A DNA stretch of 64,000 nucleotides from Eledone cirrhosa (GCA_964016885.1 OZ024742.1:112964001-113028000); one strand, 5' to 3'; positions 1 to 14,410 are shown, numbered from the stretch's first letter. The notes: generated by a model not told the origin, from the letters alone. Made by a program: numbers and translations.

Positions 1-253
1 CTTGCTGTAGCAATCCCAGTGCTTTTGACGGAGTTTTCAAGTTTGTTCGTTGTTCTGTGCTCATTGCTTGACGACCTGAAACAGAGGACGTGTATATAAA
101 ATTATGAAGAAAAACGTTTGATCGCTTCAGAGAGCTAAGATTACAGTTACATACTCCAGGGGGATTACTTTGAAGGAGAACTCTCTTAGTGTGAAGTTTG
201 GGTTTGAAATAAATCTTTTGTGACTTCAGTCCAGCAACTTTTCTGACACACCT

Positions 254-257
<4 letters not shown>
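1..257 (+). mobile_element. 3' end of a decayed Tc1/mariner DNA transposon (C-terminal GDYFEG motif, TIR, TA)
   Basis: About 150-180 reads ILQGDYFEGE, the typical mariner transposase C-terminus. The terminus acttttctgacacacctgg-TA (reverse complement TAccaggtgtgtcagaaaagt) resembles mariner TIRs and runs into (TA)n. Confidence 0.7.
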
Positions 258-312
<55 letters not shown>

Positions 313-480
313 TTGTGTGTGTTTGTGTGTGTGTTTGTGTGTGTATGTGTGTGTGTGTTTGTGTGTGTATGTGTGTGTGTGTGGGCGTGGGTGCGTATGT
401 GTGTGCGTGTGTGCGCGCGTGTGTGTAAGCGTGGGTGTGTATGTGTGAGTGCGTGAGCGCGCGTGTCTGTGTGTATGAGT
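256..480. repeat. (TA)n/(TG)n compound microsatellite
   Basis: Direct reading. Source of the spurious TH/IY ORF 226-543. Confidence 0.95.
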
Positions 481-579
481 GGAAATATTACCTGAGAGTA
501 AATGCATCCAGATCAATCGAAAGCCATCAAGGAATCCATGCAAACATAATGTTTACACCTCATTATATATATATATAAG

Positions 580-1180
580 ATGTGTAAATCAACAGGTTAA
601 AACTACCTTTCTGTATTCATATTTACTGCAATATAAATTTCGGATATAATCATTATTGAACAGATCTGACCTCATCAGGCAGCTAGAATTTTAATAAAAA
701 ACAAACAAAAAGGGAAACACAATTGTGGAAGAAAGTTGTACCTCCGTTATTTCGTTGATATGACCAGTTCCAAAATGTGTTGTTTTCTCAAAGAACTGGT
801 GGCATATGAATTAGAATGAACGAATTCAAGCATCCTAAGAATATACTCACCTCTTATTGGTCAGATACTATCTTAACACTCCTGTCCCAAGTACAATTTA
901 TTAGGTCAGTTGTTCTTGAAACAAGTAAGCCTGCTAGGGTGGTTTTTATCAACGAGTTATAATATATGTACATACCTATAAAATAGGGGTCTTCTGCTCT
1001 AGATGATCTAATTCATCTTAGAGGCAATGGTTTAAACATGTCAACTACTACCTCTTATTTTGCGGTAATATTTTAGTTGTTAGCGAAGAACTCATGCATG
1101 TAACCAGATATGGGTTTATGTGGGAATGTGAATGCTTATCCATATTCAGAGAACAGATAGTAGGAAATGTTAGAATTATA
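580..1180 (-). mobile_element. PLE pseudo-LTR with degenerate hammerhead, homologous to 59320-59870
   Basis: Shares colinear blocks with 59.3-59.8 kb (gatatgaccagttcc/gatatgtccagctcc, gaactgg..catatg..tagaat, attggtcag, agcctg..tttttatca) and carries an HHR core at the equivalent position. Confidence 0.65.
626..682 (-). ncRNA. Degenerate type I hammerhead ribozyme motif
   Basis: Minus strand ctgc-CTGATGA-ggtcagatc..gattatatcc-GAAA-tttata-tt-gcag. Stem I ctgc/gcag is intact; stem II is decayed. Confidence 0.55.
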
Positions 1181-1199
1181 TGTGTATATATATATAATT

Positions 1200-2964
1200 A
1201 TGAGAAACCTAAAAACTCTAATCAACCAATACAAAGAAGGACTCACTAACAAGGAATTCAGCTTCGTCACAGACTTCACAAGTAAATTCAGCCTTTTCTA
1301 CGGTATCCATAAAGTACATAAAAGCGAATCAATAAGTAAGGCATGCAAGGAAGCCAAAGACATAGTCATCAATGTCCCCTCACCCAATGATCTCAAATTA
1401 AGACCTATAATAGCAGGCCCCGCTTGCGAAACGCACCGTCTTAGCAACTTCATTGACACCCTTCCCAAACCCTTCCTCAAACACATCAAAAGCTATATAA
1501 GGGACGACCTAGATATGCTCAATCACCTCCCTAATATGCCACTTTCTGAACAAACCCTACTAGTGACGTTCGATGTAGTCAACCTATACTCCAACATCCC
1601 CCACAACCTAGGAATTTAATATTAAAGCTATTTAATTCTGGCTGGATAATTTCCACAATGAACTCCCACAACGCATCAAAAAAGAATTCTTGATAGAGAG
1701 ACTCAAATTTATCTTGGAGAACAATTACTTCGTTTTCAATAACAAACCCTACAGGCAGAAATGTGGGACCGCTATGGGAACGAAAACAGCCCCCACTTAT
1801 GCCAACCTATTCATGGGATACCTGGAAATCACCCTCTACACTAAAGTCCTAAACAAATTTGGAAACACCCTCCACTTACACATTGAAAGGAACTGGAAGC
1901 GATATCCAGATGACTGATTCATCCTTTGGCACGAAAGCATCGAAAAACCTAAATAATTTCACACCCTTATAAATGGGCTCAACACGAATATTAACTTCAC
2001 GATGGAATACAGCCATCAACAACTCCCCTTCCTCGACATCCTCATTAAGATCCATAACAAAGAAATAGAAACAGACATATACTACAAGCCCACAGACTCC
2101 AAGCAATATCTCCCCTTCAACTTTTGCCACCCTAGACACGTTAAAATTAATATTCCCTACAACTTAGCCAAGAGAATCTGTACTATAGTCTCCAATAAAA
2201 ACATCTGCTACTTACGGCTACAAGAACTAAAGGACACACTCATAGGCAGGGACTACCCTGCATCACTAATTGACAATGAAATCCAACGTGCCCTAAAACT
2301 CAGTATCCAGGACCTTAGACACCCTAAAGTAAATCAACAGAAACTAAAAGCTCTTCCATACATCTCCACACACAACCCCCTCAACAATGAGGCCTTTGAC
2401 ACCATCCTCCAGAACATCCCTGTGTTGAAAAAGGACCATAGAATGAACCAAATTCTACGAACACACGATATCATAAAGAGCAAAAGACAATCCAAGTCAA
2501 TGAAAAACATCCTAACACATGCCAACGTACTGCCAACCACAACAACGAAACCCACAGTAAAAAAATGCGATAGACCCAACTGTGGCATTTGCATCAACCT
2601 AATAGAGGGTTCGGAATTCTATTTCAAAGATGGACAACTTTTTATAGTAAAACACAATTTCACATGTGCATCGGAAAATCTAATATATGTATTAACTTGC
2701 TCAGGTTGTCGAGAACAATACATAGGCATGACCAAAATCAGCCTCCGCCAACGCATGGCTGTCCATAGATCCCAAATTAAAATACGGGAATATAGGAAAA
2801 TACCACTGAGTGAACACATTGATACCTGTGCCGCCCAAAATCACCTCAACTTCAGAATCTTTTCCCTCTACAAATTTAAAGATAATGCCACCCACACCCA
2901 GCGCATCAGCAAGGAATCTTACTTCATTAACAAAAACGGACCCCGTCTAAACACTTCTCCCTAA
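1200..2964 (+). pseudogene. Penelope-like element RT plus GIY-YIG endonuclease (Neptune-like), 5'-truncated and disrupted
   Basis: Motifs FYGIHKVHK, LRPIIAG, FDVVNLYSNIP, YRQKCGTAMG..APTYANLFM, RYPDD, FLDI, YYKPTD..QYL..CHP, CxxPxCxxC, LIYVLTCSGC..QYIGMT..LRQRMAVH. Split by stops and frameshifts at about 1619-1690 and 1917-1955. Confidence 0.93.
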
Positions 2965-3110
2965 GACGAACCCACAACATACACACGTCAACATACATAC
3001 CTACATCAGCACACATCTCTACCCACATATAAACACAATGACATACGTAAACACACATGCTCTATGGTGCAACACAAAAAAATATATGTGTGTATATATA
3101 TATATATGTA

Positions 3111-3176
<66 letters not shown>

Positions 3177-3687
3177 ATATATGTATGTGTATATACATAT
3201 AGTGAATATCATTTCACACCTTTTATTGTTAAGATTTTTGATGTTCTAATAAGAGAACCGATTTTACTGAAAAAATAGAATAATGTATACCATTTTACCA
3301 GGGGGAAAAAAATACTGGTCCACCCACACACACACACAAACACACACACACATATATACACACACACATACACACGCGTACATTAACATACAAAGAGACT
3401 TATACACACACACACACACGCACACACACTTCTCCGTATAAGACAAAAGCTGAAAAATATCTTTTGAACTGCTAAAATACCCCCCATTGCTTTCAGACAC
3501 ATTCTTACTGACCATCCGTGCTACCATGAATTACTCTGCTATACACACACACACACACTTATCTTAATAGCCATTTGACACACAACCCTGCTAACCATTA
3601 TCACAACATCGAATACCTTACTACTACTACTACACACACACACACACACACACACACATATGTTTTGTGAAAGAGTCATTTCTCAAT

Positions 3688-3932
3688 CTTGGCGCAAAAC
3701 CAATTTTTTATTCACATGACCTCTACCGACCAATCAAAATTGTTTTGACCACAATAATTTTTGCAAACACCAAGTAGCGCTGGAGCCACTTTTTTAACAT
3801 AAAAACAGTCTTGGCGCAAAATCAATTTTTTACATTCACATGACCTCTACCGACCAATCAAAATTGTTTTGACCACAAGAATTTTTGCAACACCAAAGTA
3901 ATGCTGGAGCCACTTTTTTAACATACAAACAG
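3688..3932 (+). repeat. Tandem duplication of about 122 bp downstream of the PLE ORF
   Basis: tcttggcgcaaaa..cacatgacctctaccgaccaatcaaaattg..gctggagccacttttttaacat occurs twice, head to tail. Confidence 0.85.
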
Positions 3933-4179
3933 GTATAATTCCCAAAACTAATCAGATCAGAGCAAACAGCACGGACACTCTATCTCAAAATTATTTTTGA
4001 AAAGCATTTAGAAATGCGCAACCGGTAAAAACTTAAAAACACAACTGAATACTAACCCATACAATCACTAATACTCTTTTATTCCTAATTAAACCATTTT
4101 TCAACTGTGAACAATTTGTCAGCATTTTCTATTCCGTTTACCAATATATAATAACTTGTGTGTTACACCTCTATTATTT

Positions 4180-4236
<57 letters not shown>

Positions 4237-5634
4237 GATACACACACACATCATATATCTATACATACACATTAATCCATACATAAACATATATATGTAC
4301 ACATATATGCCTACATACACACACAAGCACATACACACATACATACGTCTTTTTGTACACATATACACATATGTGCCCTTTAGAGGGGTGGAACAAGAAA
4401 TAATAGGTACGTATTATTTATCACAGTTTACATTAACTTTTATGTGCGAAAGGCATTACGTTAGATGTAGCTTGTCCTTCGGGAAACCTGATTACACACC
4501 AGGGGTGGATGGTGACGCCCGGTGTTCAGAAATATGGGATGCATGGAGATACCCAGGTCAGGACTCTGCCAACGTATATTATCTCACAGGCTGTTTACTT
4601 GGGTTAGAACTATTCACTTCTAAAATATCAAAATGCGAACAAGGTACTACACACTGCAATCTTCCATTTTGTTTTATTTGTTTTACCGTTTACATTAATT
4701 AGCGCCTTTCACACCTATATCCAGCTCGGGACATCTATTGTCTGCTTACCGTATTGTTTATCTGAAAAGACCTGACGCGCTTTAAAGTGATTACATGAAA
4801 ATTCTCATTTAATTTTAGATAACTTCCCATATTTCAACATTAATAATATCAATAGACTTCACTAAGTGAAATTTATGTTTTTCTTTAATACTTAATTTTT
4901 CACTTAGTCTAGCTAAAGAGTAGGCGGTGTGTATAAACCAATGGACTAAACCGAACGTAATACAGTGTTTGAAATTATCCCCAATTTCTTTAGAGTTTAT
5001 TGAAATATTGTTAATATAATTGATCCGAATCTTATCGCATTGACAATTCAATCAACAGGACATATTTTTTACACTTCTGAATAAGAAGGAATTATAGTTA
5101 AACAAAATTATGTCTGATTAATCTTTATAAAAGATAGCTGACAATTATCTTGACTACATCTAAAGTTATTTTTTTAATAATATTATTTGATTTGTTTCTT
5201 TCTGGTTGTTTCTTTTACATTAATTATCAACCACTCGCTTTCTTCACGCGTATTCTTTCTTACTTTAATTACTTGTGAATAACACTGAGAAATAGCTGCA
5301 AGGAATATCTGCCATGAAAGTTTAGAGATTGTATTTGTGTGAAAATTATATATATATTTTTTTGTAATAGACGAACAAAAGAAACCTACAGAGTAACACA
5401 TGTAATGGAAAATGACATGAAAAAATATATGTAATGATGCACTTGTTTTCTTACTTTGCCACTATAAAGTGAATTTAATTAGTATATCTTGTCAAGATTT
5501 AATTACAGTATTATCAGTAATATCCAAACTTTATCTTCAAATACAGATGCTTCAACAACTAAACGAATTTGCTAAAATAATTTTGACATCCATATATTTA
5601 GCATCGACGGTATTGAGATAATTGAGCATTCGCC

Positions 5635-5699
<65 letters not shown>

Positions 5700-6590
5700 G
5701 CGTTAGTATAAAGCGTCTGGGGGAATTGGAATGCGAACGAAGGCGTGTCTGTGTAATTTACGTAACAGCCAACAGATATATCCAACGGCGTTTTATTCAA
5801 TAAATAAATGAAGATATATTTCTCTATCATCATTAAAAAACCAATCTCTTGTATACCGGTCTATGCAGCCCTATATTGTAATTTTTGTAGTTCCAAGGCC
5901 AGACGGTAAAGTCCACAGCAGTAAACTCCTCAGCTGGTAAGCCACATGCAGCGACACATTTTCCAGCGGCAACCTGGTGCAGTCTTTGATAAAGCAAAGA
6001 CTTGCTGCATTTCGGACTGCGAAGGTTAAACTCTCTAAATATAGATCGCTGCACCGTGATATTTGCAATCGAGCTCGTGGCAGTGGAGGCATCAGTTGTG
6101 TCTGGTGCTAAGGACACGTCCCTGTTCTCTACCATCCGCACACAGTTTGCTACACTCAGGTGTGAGCCTGGCGAGCATGAATGGCCCTTCCAGTTTGTCT
6201 GACTCACTATCCCCCGCGGAAACATATTCTCTATTCTGTCCGTCGAAGCTGTGGTGTGGCGACTGCGTGGGCCCCCATTTGCTCACAAATGTGAGAGTTG
6301 GGAGAGGGGCAATTGGCAAAAGGCTGTAATATTGGGAGTTCGGCTCCTCCCTGTTCGGACCTGATGTACATATGTGTATTGAATCCGTCTAAAACAGTTT
6401 CTTTTACGTAAAGGCCCACACAAATGCACATTAGAAAAGTTTGTGTTAAAAATGCCGAGAGAAGCATAATGTAAGGGATGCTACTACAAAATATTTCCCG
6501 ATAATTCTTTTGGTGAAGGAAATTTGCCCTGAACACTTAAGAAATAAATACTTTCAAAGTAAAAAGAAAAGGCAACATTATTACTGCTTA

Positions 6591-6785
6591 AGGGGCGGTG
6601 GATTGGCAGTATCGGTAGAGGGTCGGACGCCATGCTTTGACGTATAGAGTTACGGCCCTTGCCATTCTGAGTTCAAATCCCGCCGAAGTTAAATTTGCCT
6701 TTCATCCTTACGGGGTCGATAAAATAAAGTACCAGTAATGCACTGGGTAATTACTGGCTTTGTGCCAAAAGCAGGAACAATTATT
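6591..6785 (+). mobile_element. tRNA-derived SINE with MetaSINE-like central domain and 14-bp TSD
   Basis: A-box-like tggcagtatcgg, B box gagttcaaatcc, central gcctttcatccttacggggtcgataaaataaagtaccag. TSD attattactgctta at 6577-6590 and 6780-6793. Confidence 0.85.
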
Positions 6786-7059
6786 ACTGCTTACTTTAGA
6801 ATTTGAGCTGACGAAGGCGTCACAATGATTATTAAGTACTGATCATTTAACTGAATGATACACACACCCAGAAACACGCATATTCACATACATACACGAT
6901 CGCCAACCTATATATGTATGAATGCCTAATCATTCGTTTGCGAAGATCAGTGTGAACAATTCCTGTCCCTTTTCGTGCGGTGTACACCCAAAACTGAGTG
7001 CAGCTACCAAACATGGAACTTGAAGATACCTTTCGGGCGAGTGTGTACTTGGTCATTTG

Positions 7060-7735
7060 GTTTTTGGGTGACGGAGAGCTTTCTTCTTTGATGTTTGTCT
7101 ACAGCTGCTGCCTTTCTGTTCTCTTGAAAGCTGGTTGCATCTGTTTTGATGGTCGCTCGCTATTTCTCCCGATATTTTGTTAGGTGCTCCTATCTCCTGT
7201 GATCAATATTGTGTTGGACCAGCTAGCGCTTGAGTTTTGGGGGCTCCCCTTGATTTTGCTTGACTTGTACATGATGGAGCAATTACATCACTGATTGATT
7301 CTTTCCAGTAGCTTGATCTACTTCTGGTACAGGATCCAGTTTTTAGCCTCATAGAGTAGGTTAGTGATTACACGATCTCTGTAGACACTGATCTTTGTGG
7401 TGTAGGGTAGAGAGTGATACTTCCATACGCGTTCCTGAAAGCGCCCAAATGAACTGCTGGCATTAGCAACTCGATTGTTAACGTACTTTAGAAGTGCTAT
7501 ACTGCATTGAAGGGTGACAATCGATGTTAATCTGCTGAGGTCGGTACTCTTAATTTGCTGGCTTCTGTAGCATGACGTTTCGGTGCGGGCGAGCAGTCGT
7601 CGCAAGTTGAACAGACTCTCGTCAATACGGGACCGGATATAGATGCCGTCCCATAAATCTTTCTTTGCCTCTAGGAGCATCATGATAAACAATATTGAAA
7701 ATATAGTTGGGGCAAGGACACAGGTGGGTCAGCAT
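7060..7735 (-). mobile_element. RTE-clade LINE RT fragment with internal deletions
   Basis: FIMMLLEAKKDLWDGIYIRSRIDESLFNLRRLLART, NRVANASSSFGRFQERVW and TKISVY..NLLYEA..W match the RTE RT/C-terminal pattern. Confidence 0.85.
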
Positions 7736-7752
7736 TATATCTCTCACTCTCA

Positions 7753-7797
<45 letters not shown>

Positions 7798-7799
7798 TA

Positions 7800-7851
<52 letters not shown>

Positions 7852-7891
7852 GGTGATGCAAATATTTATTATATGAAGTGTTTAAAGTTGA

Positions 7892-8142
7892 AGCAAAGAA
7901 TCGCTGCTTTCACCCTTTTACAGGTTCTTCTGCAACTAAGAACAATTTATCTGTAGACGCAGAAGTAAATATTTTAATGTTACAACCGACGAAAAACAGG
8001 GAGATGAGAGGAATACACGTATCGTCTTTCTCTTTTTCCGTCGGTTGTAACGTTTTGTTAAATATCTACTTTAGCGTCAACAGATTGATTTTTCTCACTT
8101 TCAGAAGATCCTGTAAAAGGGTGAAAACAGATATTCGTTTGT
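7892..8142. mobile_element. Imperfect hairpin (MITE-like) of about 250 bp between TA microsatellites
   Basis: tttcacccttttacaggttcttctg pairs with cagaagatcctgtaaaagggtgaaa; tgttacaaccgacgaaaaa pairs with tttttccgtcggttgtaacg. Confidence 0.75.
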
Positions 8143-8174
8143 TAAATTTTTATCTGTATATGTATATATATATA

Positions 8175-8782
8175 TATGGTGGCTGCCAACTCCTTTTCGA
8201 GTACGGCCACTTTATATCCATGTAGGAGAACACCCACCGATGCGCTGAACGAGTGTGACTTTTTTAGTCCAGCCAGCGACTTGAAAACTCTGGTACAAAC
8301 ACTAGACCGTGACAATTATTGATACATAGTGCTGGGCCCATGGTACCATGTAACGACAAGTGCAGAGAGATCTCCACACATAAAGCAATGCCTGTGCCGT
8401 GAAGCTTATATAGTGAGCAAAGGCCCTGCACAAAGCCAGTCCCACTCTCTTAACCAACATGATGTTTACCAAAAAGAATAACAAATCAACATCATTGGAT
8501 ACCATCAGGGTTGCAGGTGTTATCTCAGAGTTTTCCTTATCCTATAATTCTGCCTTGACAAAGGCTAAGGGGTCATCTCTCCCGGTGATTTTGGATGGCC
8601 ATTGACTCTTAAGAGCTTCTTTGCCCTTTGATAGGTTTTGTTTTTAGTCCTGCAGGATGTCCAAAGTCACCCTTCCCGCCAAGAAACCTTGGTTGGGTTG
8701 CCAGTTTAGTTGCCAACGACCCGACCATGAGACAGGTTGTACTGGGATACATGTTACCAGTAGCACCAACTGGTCACCTGAC
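8175..8782 (-). mobile_element. Probable RTE-X-type 5' UTR or derived interspersed repeat
   Basis: cagagttttccttatcctat..gccttgacaaaggctaagg resembles the reverse of RTE-X 5' UTR motifs (recalled, not searched). Flanked by (TA)n. Confidence 0.4.
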
Positions 8783-8815
<33 letters not shown>

Positions 8816-8938
8816 TATACATATATATATACATATATATATACATATATATATACATACATATATATATATATTTCTGTCCAGAAATAGCCGTCGAAAC
8901 GGCTTGAGCTCTGCCGTCGGGGTCATACTTTTTCCTAT

Positions 8939-9008
<70 letters not shown>

Positions 9009-9098
9009 TAAAATAACAGTCTACGGTTCTTATATATTCAATATATATTTATCCTTATCGAGCCCTCTTTGGATTTTAGTCTTCAAATTTATTGTTAT

Positions 9099-9206
<108 letters not shown>

Positions 9207-9224
9207 TATTATTATTATTATTAT

Positions 9225-9875
9225 TATTAGACAGTGAGGTTCTTTTACAAAATGAAAAATAACCGAGGTGTCCTACACGAGACGAGTGAAAGTATAAAGA
9301 AAAATAGAAGAAATCGAAAATGCAACCGGAGTCTTATTTTTTAAAATATATATATATTTATTTGGTTCCTTTACCGGTTTCGCAATTCTTCTGCTTTTCA
9401 AACGTAGAGTTGAGATGGAGGGTCTGTGGTTTTTCTCACATCTTGTTGGTCTTAGAATGTTACTTGTTTTATATGGCAAAAATAAATTCAAACAAACGGG
9501 CGCGAAGGCTGATGTGCTTATTCACGTGACTGCATCAACCAACCGAACTTCACTCATATATGAAAAAAATAACTTGAGCCCCCCCCCCCCCCCCCTGTTT
9601 GTAACGCGAACTGGCGCGAAATTTATTATACTTATTGACTAACTAATCAAATTACTTCTCTAAAAACCTGGCGTGTCGAGCCACTTTTTTCCATATAAAA
9701 CAAGTAACATTCAAAGACCAACCAGATGTGAGAAAAACCACAGACCCTCCATCTCAACTCTACTTTTGAAAAGCAGAAGGACTGCGAAACCGGTAAAGGA
9801 ACCAAATAAATATATATATATATTTTTTAAATAAGACTCCAGTTGCATTTTCGATTTCATCTTTTTTTTCTTTAT
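9225..9875. mobile_element. Foldback element, long-inverted-repeat family, short copy
   Basis: About 9293-9478 is inverted at about 9690-9875. Same sequence family as 16674-18998, 25805-25985 and 40975-41085. Confidence 0.85.
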
Positions 9876-10329
9876 ATATATATATATATTTATATATGCA
9901 CACAATATTCATAAATTCATAAACAAGAAAGTAACTAATTGTAATATGACATCTATTGAATATAGAATATATTATTAATCCCTACGAACATACTATTCTG
10001 TCCCATATTTCACATGCTAGAAGAGAAATTCATATAGTAGGTTCAAATGTTACGCAAAATAGAACAACATATCTACAGTTTCATTTAGAACAAGCTGTTA
10101 TAGTGTGTATGTGCGTGTCACGTCAAAATATATATTTCGTTAACATAGTTATTTGATAAAATATATTTCAGTGACACATCTCTTTAGCCGTGTCGGTGTG
10201 ACATCATCAGACTTGAACACAATTATATGTTGGAGGAAAAAGCTACCATGTTTGCAAATGTCCAGTGAATATATTTTATTTGTTCACCATTATTTATCAA
10301 CAAATTTTGCTCAACAGGAATGTAAACTT

Positions 10330-12130
10330 TCATCAGGACCACCAACAAGACCCGTATGCGGAGCAAATATAGCTAGCAACTACGGGTTCTCCTACTTCCT
10401 CTCAATGGTTATACGCCCCATAATGAAGATGTCCCAAGATGTATGTGACAATACAGAGGACCTCCTCAGCAGAATCAGTGAGTGCAACAAAAACAGGAAC
10501 CAATCCAACTGCATAATAGGCAGCATGGATGTGGTATCACTGTACCCATCCATTAACATTGATTTTGCTGTGGGAAAATGTGTGGAGATGATCATTGAGA
10601 GTGAGGTGGAGTTCTGCGACGTCGACACAGACGAACTGGGCCTCCTACTTAGACTTACCTACGACACTGACTACCTAGACATTTCTGCCACAGTAGACCC
10701 ATAAGAGGTAGACCCCCCCCCACCATAACCTCAATGGCTAAAAAGACTCCCATGGGAAAAGCTATACGGACCCCCAAAACAATGATCAGGTAAGAAAAAT
10801 AGTCGCACATGCACTAGGGGCTAGTATCAAAACTACCCTAAAGGGCCACATATTCAAGTTCAACGAGAAGATATACACCCAAAATGAGGGAGCAGCCATT
10901 GGCGTCAGCATAGCTGGTGATGTTGCCAACCTTTTTATAGTATGGTGGGAAAGGAGACTTAAAGATCTCCTTAATGAGAGCTCCATAGACCTCATCTTGT
11001 ACTCTCGTTATGTAGACGATATCAATATAGATATAAGAACATCCCCACTAGAGAGCACTAACAAGTTTGATTTAGAACGTAGCACAATTGAAAGCATCCA
11101 GCAGATAGCTAATTCCATACACCACAGTATAACTGTAACTATTGACTACACTTCCAAACACCCTAACAATAGACTACCTGTATTAGACACGGAAGTCTGG
11201 ATTAACACTATAGACGAGATAGCCAAAATTCTCCACTCACACTATGCTAAACCCATGGACTCCAAATACCTGATACTCAAAAACTCAGCAATGTCCAGTA
11301 GTGTTAAGTTTAATATTTTGATCGCAGATTTGGTACGAGTGATGAAGAATGTGTCCCGCATGTGCGACCCAACATAAATGGATAGACACATCCAACACTT
11401 CATCAACCGCATGCAGTTCTCTGGCTACAACCAAAGAGACGGAGTCAGAGTATATGAAGGAGCCATGGAGAAGTATAAGACCCTCATAGAACTGGACATG
11501 AAGGGAATTTGCACATTATACAGGAGCAAATCATGGAATAACTTAGATAGGGCTAGACTTAAGATAGGGAAAGCCACCTCATGGTACGACAACCAGAGAT
11601 ACCAGAGTGTAATGTTTGTGGACGCTACCCCTGTAGGGAAATTAGCTAACCAGTGTAGAAAGGCCCTTAGAAAGACCCACTTAAAGATTAATATGTTAGA
11701 AAAGCCAGGAACCACCATCAAATCCCTGATCAACAAAACCTAGCCTTTTAAGAAAACCCACTGTACTAATAGGAAATGTATCACATGTAAGGTAAACCCC
11801 GGATAAACTGTAAAACTAGAAACGTAGTCTATAGCATAAGATGTACAGAGGGTACATGCAGAAACATGACAACAACATACATAGACTAGACAGATCGTAG
11901 CATAGGTAAAATAATAGACCAACACTGAGGGGAACTAAAAGAACGAAAAAACGGTTCAGTACTCTTCGAACATGCCAGACAACAACACGACGGTAACATA
12001 GACAACACAGAAATTAGAATAATATGTAAGCATAGAAATGTCCCAGCAGATAGCCAAATCAGAGAGGCCAGTGAAATAGAACTTAAAAGGCCAAGGCTAA
12101 ACAAAAAGAATGAATGGAATAACAACAAGA
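10330..12130 (+). pseudogene. Penelope-like element RT plus GIY-YIG, second subfamily, disrupted
   Basis: PPTRPVCGA, SMDVVSLYPSI, HIFKFNEKIYTQNEGAAIG..VANLF, RYVDD, PVLDTEVW, HYAKPMDS, SVMFVDATP, CTNRKCITC followed by a decayed GIY-YIG. Confidence 0.9.
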
Positions 12131-12423
12131 CCCAAACACACAACACTGACCTAAGAGAAGTATAAATAAATAAATGCATAAATAAATAAATAAATACATA
12201 CACAAGCACAATAACAACAAACACATATAAACACACAGTAGTAAAGATAGAATACATTAACCAATACACAGTCACACAATCACGAACACACATCAAACAA
12301 ATCACTATACACACACGCAAACGCATGCGCAAAGAAGACAAAATAAAATAAACAAATAAATAAATATATAAACAGAGTAAATAAAGATGGCGTAGAAAAT
12401 ACAATACAACGAGAGGAAACAAT

Positions 12424-12470
12424 ATCACCACTGACGATGTTGCAGATGTGCAACGAAATAACTTTGATAA
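12424..12470 (+). ncRNA. Hammerhead ribozyme motif in the 3' pLTR of the PLE (stems I and III degenerate)
   Basis: CTGACGA-t-GTTGCA-gatg-TGCAAC-GAAA at 12431-12458 with a perfect 6-bp stem II. Confidence 0.6.
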
Positions 12471-12537
12471 ACTATATATATGTGTTTGTGTCTATATTGT
12501 ACCTGTATTATTTTTGACCGTTGGTCAGTCAATGGCA

Positions 12538-12778
<241 letters not shown>

Positions 12779-12832
12779 TTGTAATAGAATGAAAACGAAA
12801 TTTCATTTCTCACTCTTAGTACGGCACTTACT

Positions 12833-12879
<47 letters not shown>

Positions 12880-13119
12880 TTAATACTGTAATGCTGTACC
12901 ACGAAAGTTGTCATTCCTGTTCAGCACAAACAATATATATATTATTTAGTTGATGAAAGCTGGTTGATCACAACTCTGCCGACTTTTTCGTAAACAGACG
13001 TGAAGCACTTTACGTTTTCTATTCCTTGGGATTGACACTGTAAGGTATCGCGCGGAGTTTTATTAGGATAAATAAGAGGGGCGTTCTTATTCGTACATCT
13101 TCATTTTATCATCTAATGT

Positions 13120-13545
<426 letters not shown>

Positions 13546-14370
13546 TGGAAGAAGGATTTCCAAACTGTAAAGTTGAAGCTGCCTCAGACAATTTATATGA
13601 CTTTTTCTTTCCTTTCATTTCATTCCAGTTTCACAACCACAGCTCTAAAACTGAGACCTCCAACTCTACATGTAACAAAGTAAAAAATATATGAAAAACA
13701 CAAACATCTATCTATAACATCAGCAACAGCAACAACAACAACAGCGACAACAACAACAACAAAACAACAACACCATTGTCTGCTTTAATCTACAATTTCA
13801 TAAACCGCATAGGAGCAAACACATTATACCTTGATTGTTCAGAGACAACAAGCAAGCCTTTGATATTTCACTGAGCCTTGAGAAGTGATTGCAAAATGAA
13901 TCACAGGTCACCAGAATATTGACAATAAACATGTGTTCACCGATACTTAAAACATACACACTCTCGCACAATCATATATGCGTAATGGACATATTAAATG
14001 GATATTAACTGGATATTAATGTGTATGGATCTAAATATCTAAAGACATGCACATCTTCAAAGAATCAACATTTAGCCGAGAAAATAAAATTGCAGAATAT
14101 CAATAGATAAATAAGTATAAACTCTTTATTCATTATGTATTTCTCATAAGAAGATATTATGTATACTCATCCAGATGCTATCAGCTACAATGGATGTATT
14201 TCTCATTCTTTTAACCAAAAATAATTAATCAACGACGTCTATATACGGAATGGGTTCGATAGAGCTACTAGGGAATGTATATAATACATATATATATGTG
14301 CGTGTGGGTGTGCGTGTGTATGTGTTCGTGCGTGTGTCTGTGTGCGTTTGCGTATGTGAACATATATATG

Positions 14371-14410
<40 letters not shown>

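Noticed and set aside
1915-1917. In-frame TGA at a usual Cys position (RYPDD*FI; also DK*PL at about 23744), suggesting selenocysteine as reported for some Naiad PLEs
   Set aside because: The same copies have TAA/TAG stops, frameshifts and TGAs at Gly/Ser positions, so ordinary decay explains it. No SECIS identified.
4380-4810. Possible 3' pLTR/HHR of the 1.2-3.0 kb PLE
   Set aside because: No convincing CUGANGA..GAAA..UH fold and no second copy in the window.
6591-6700. tRNA-like A and B boxes (also at 28700, 42200 and 61170)
   Set aside because: No cloverleaf. These are SINE heads or isolated B boxes rather than tRNA genes.
12882-12915. HHR-like string ctgtaatgctgtaccacgaaagttgtc
   Set aside because: Core and stems are too degenerate to support a call.
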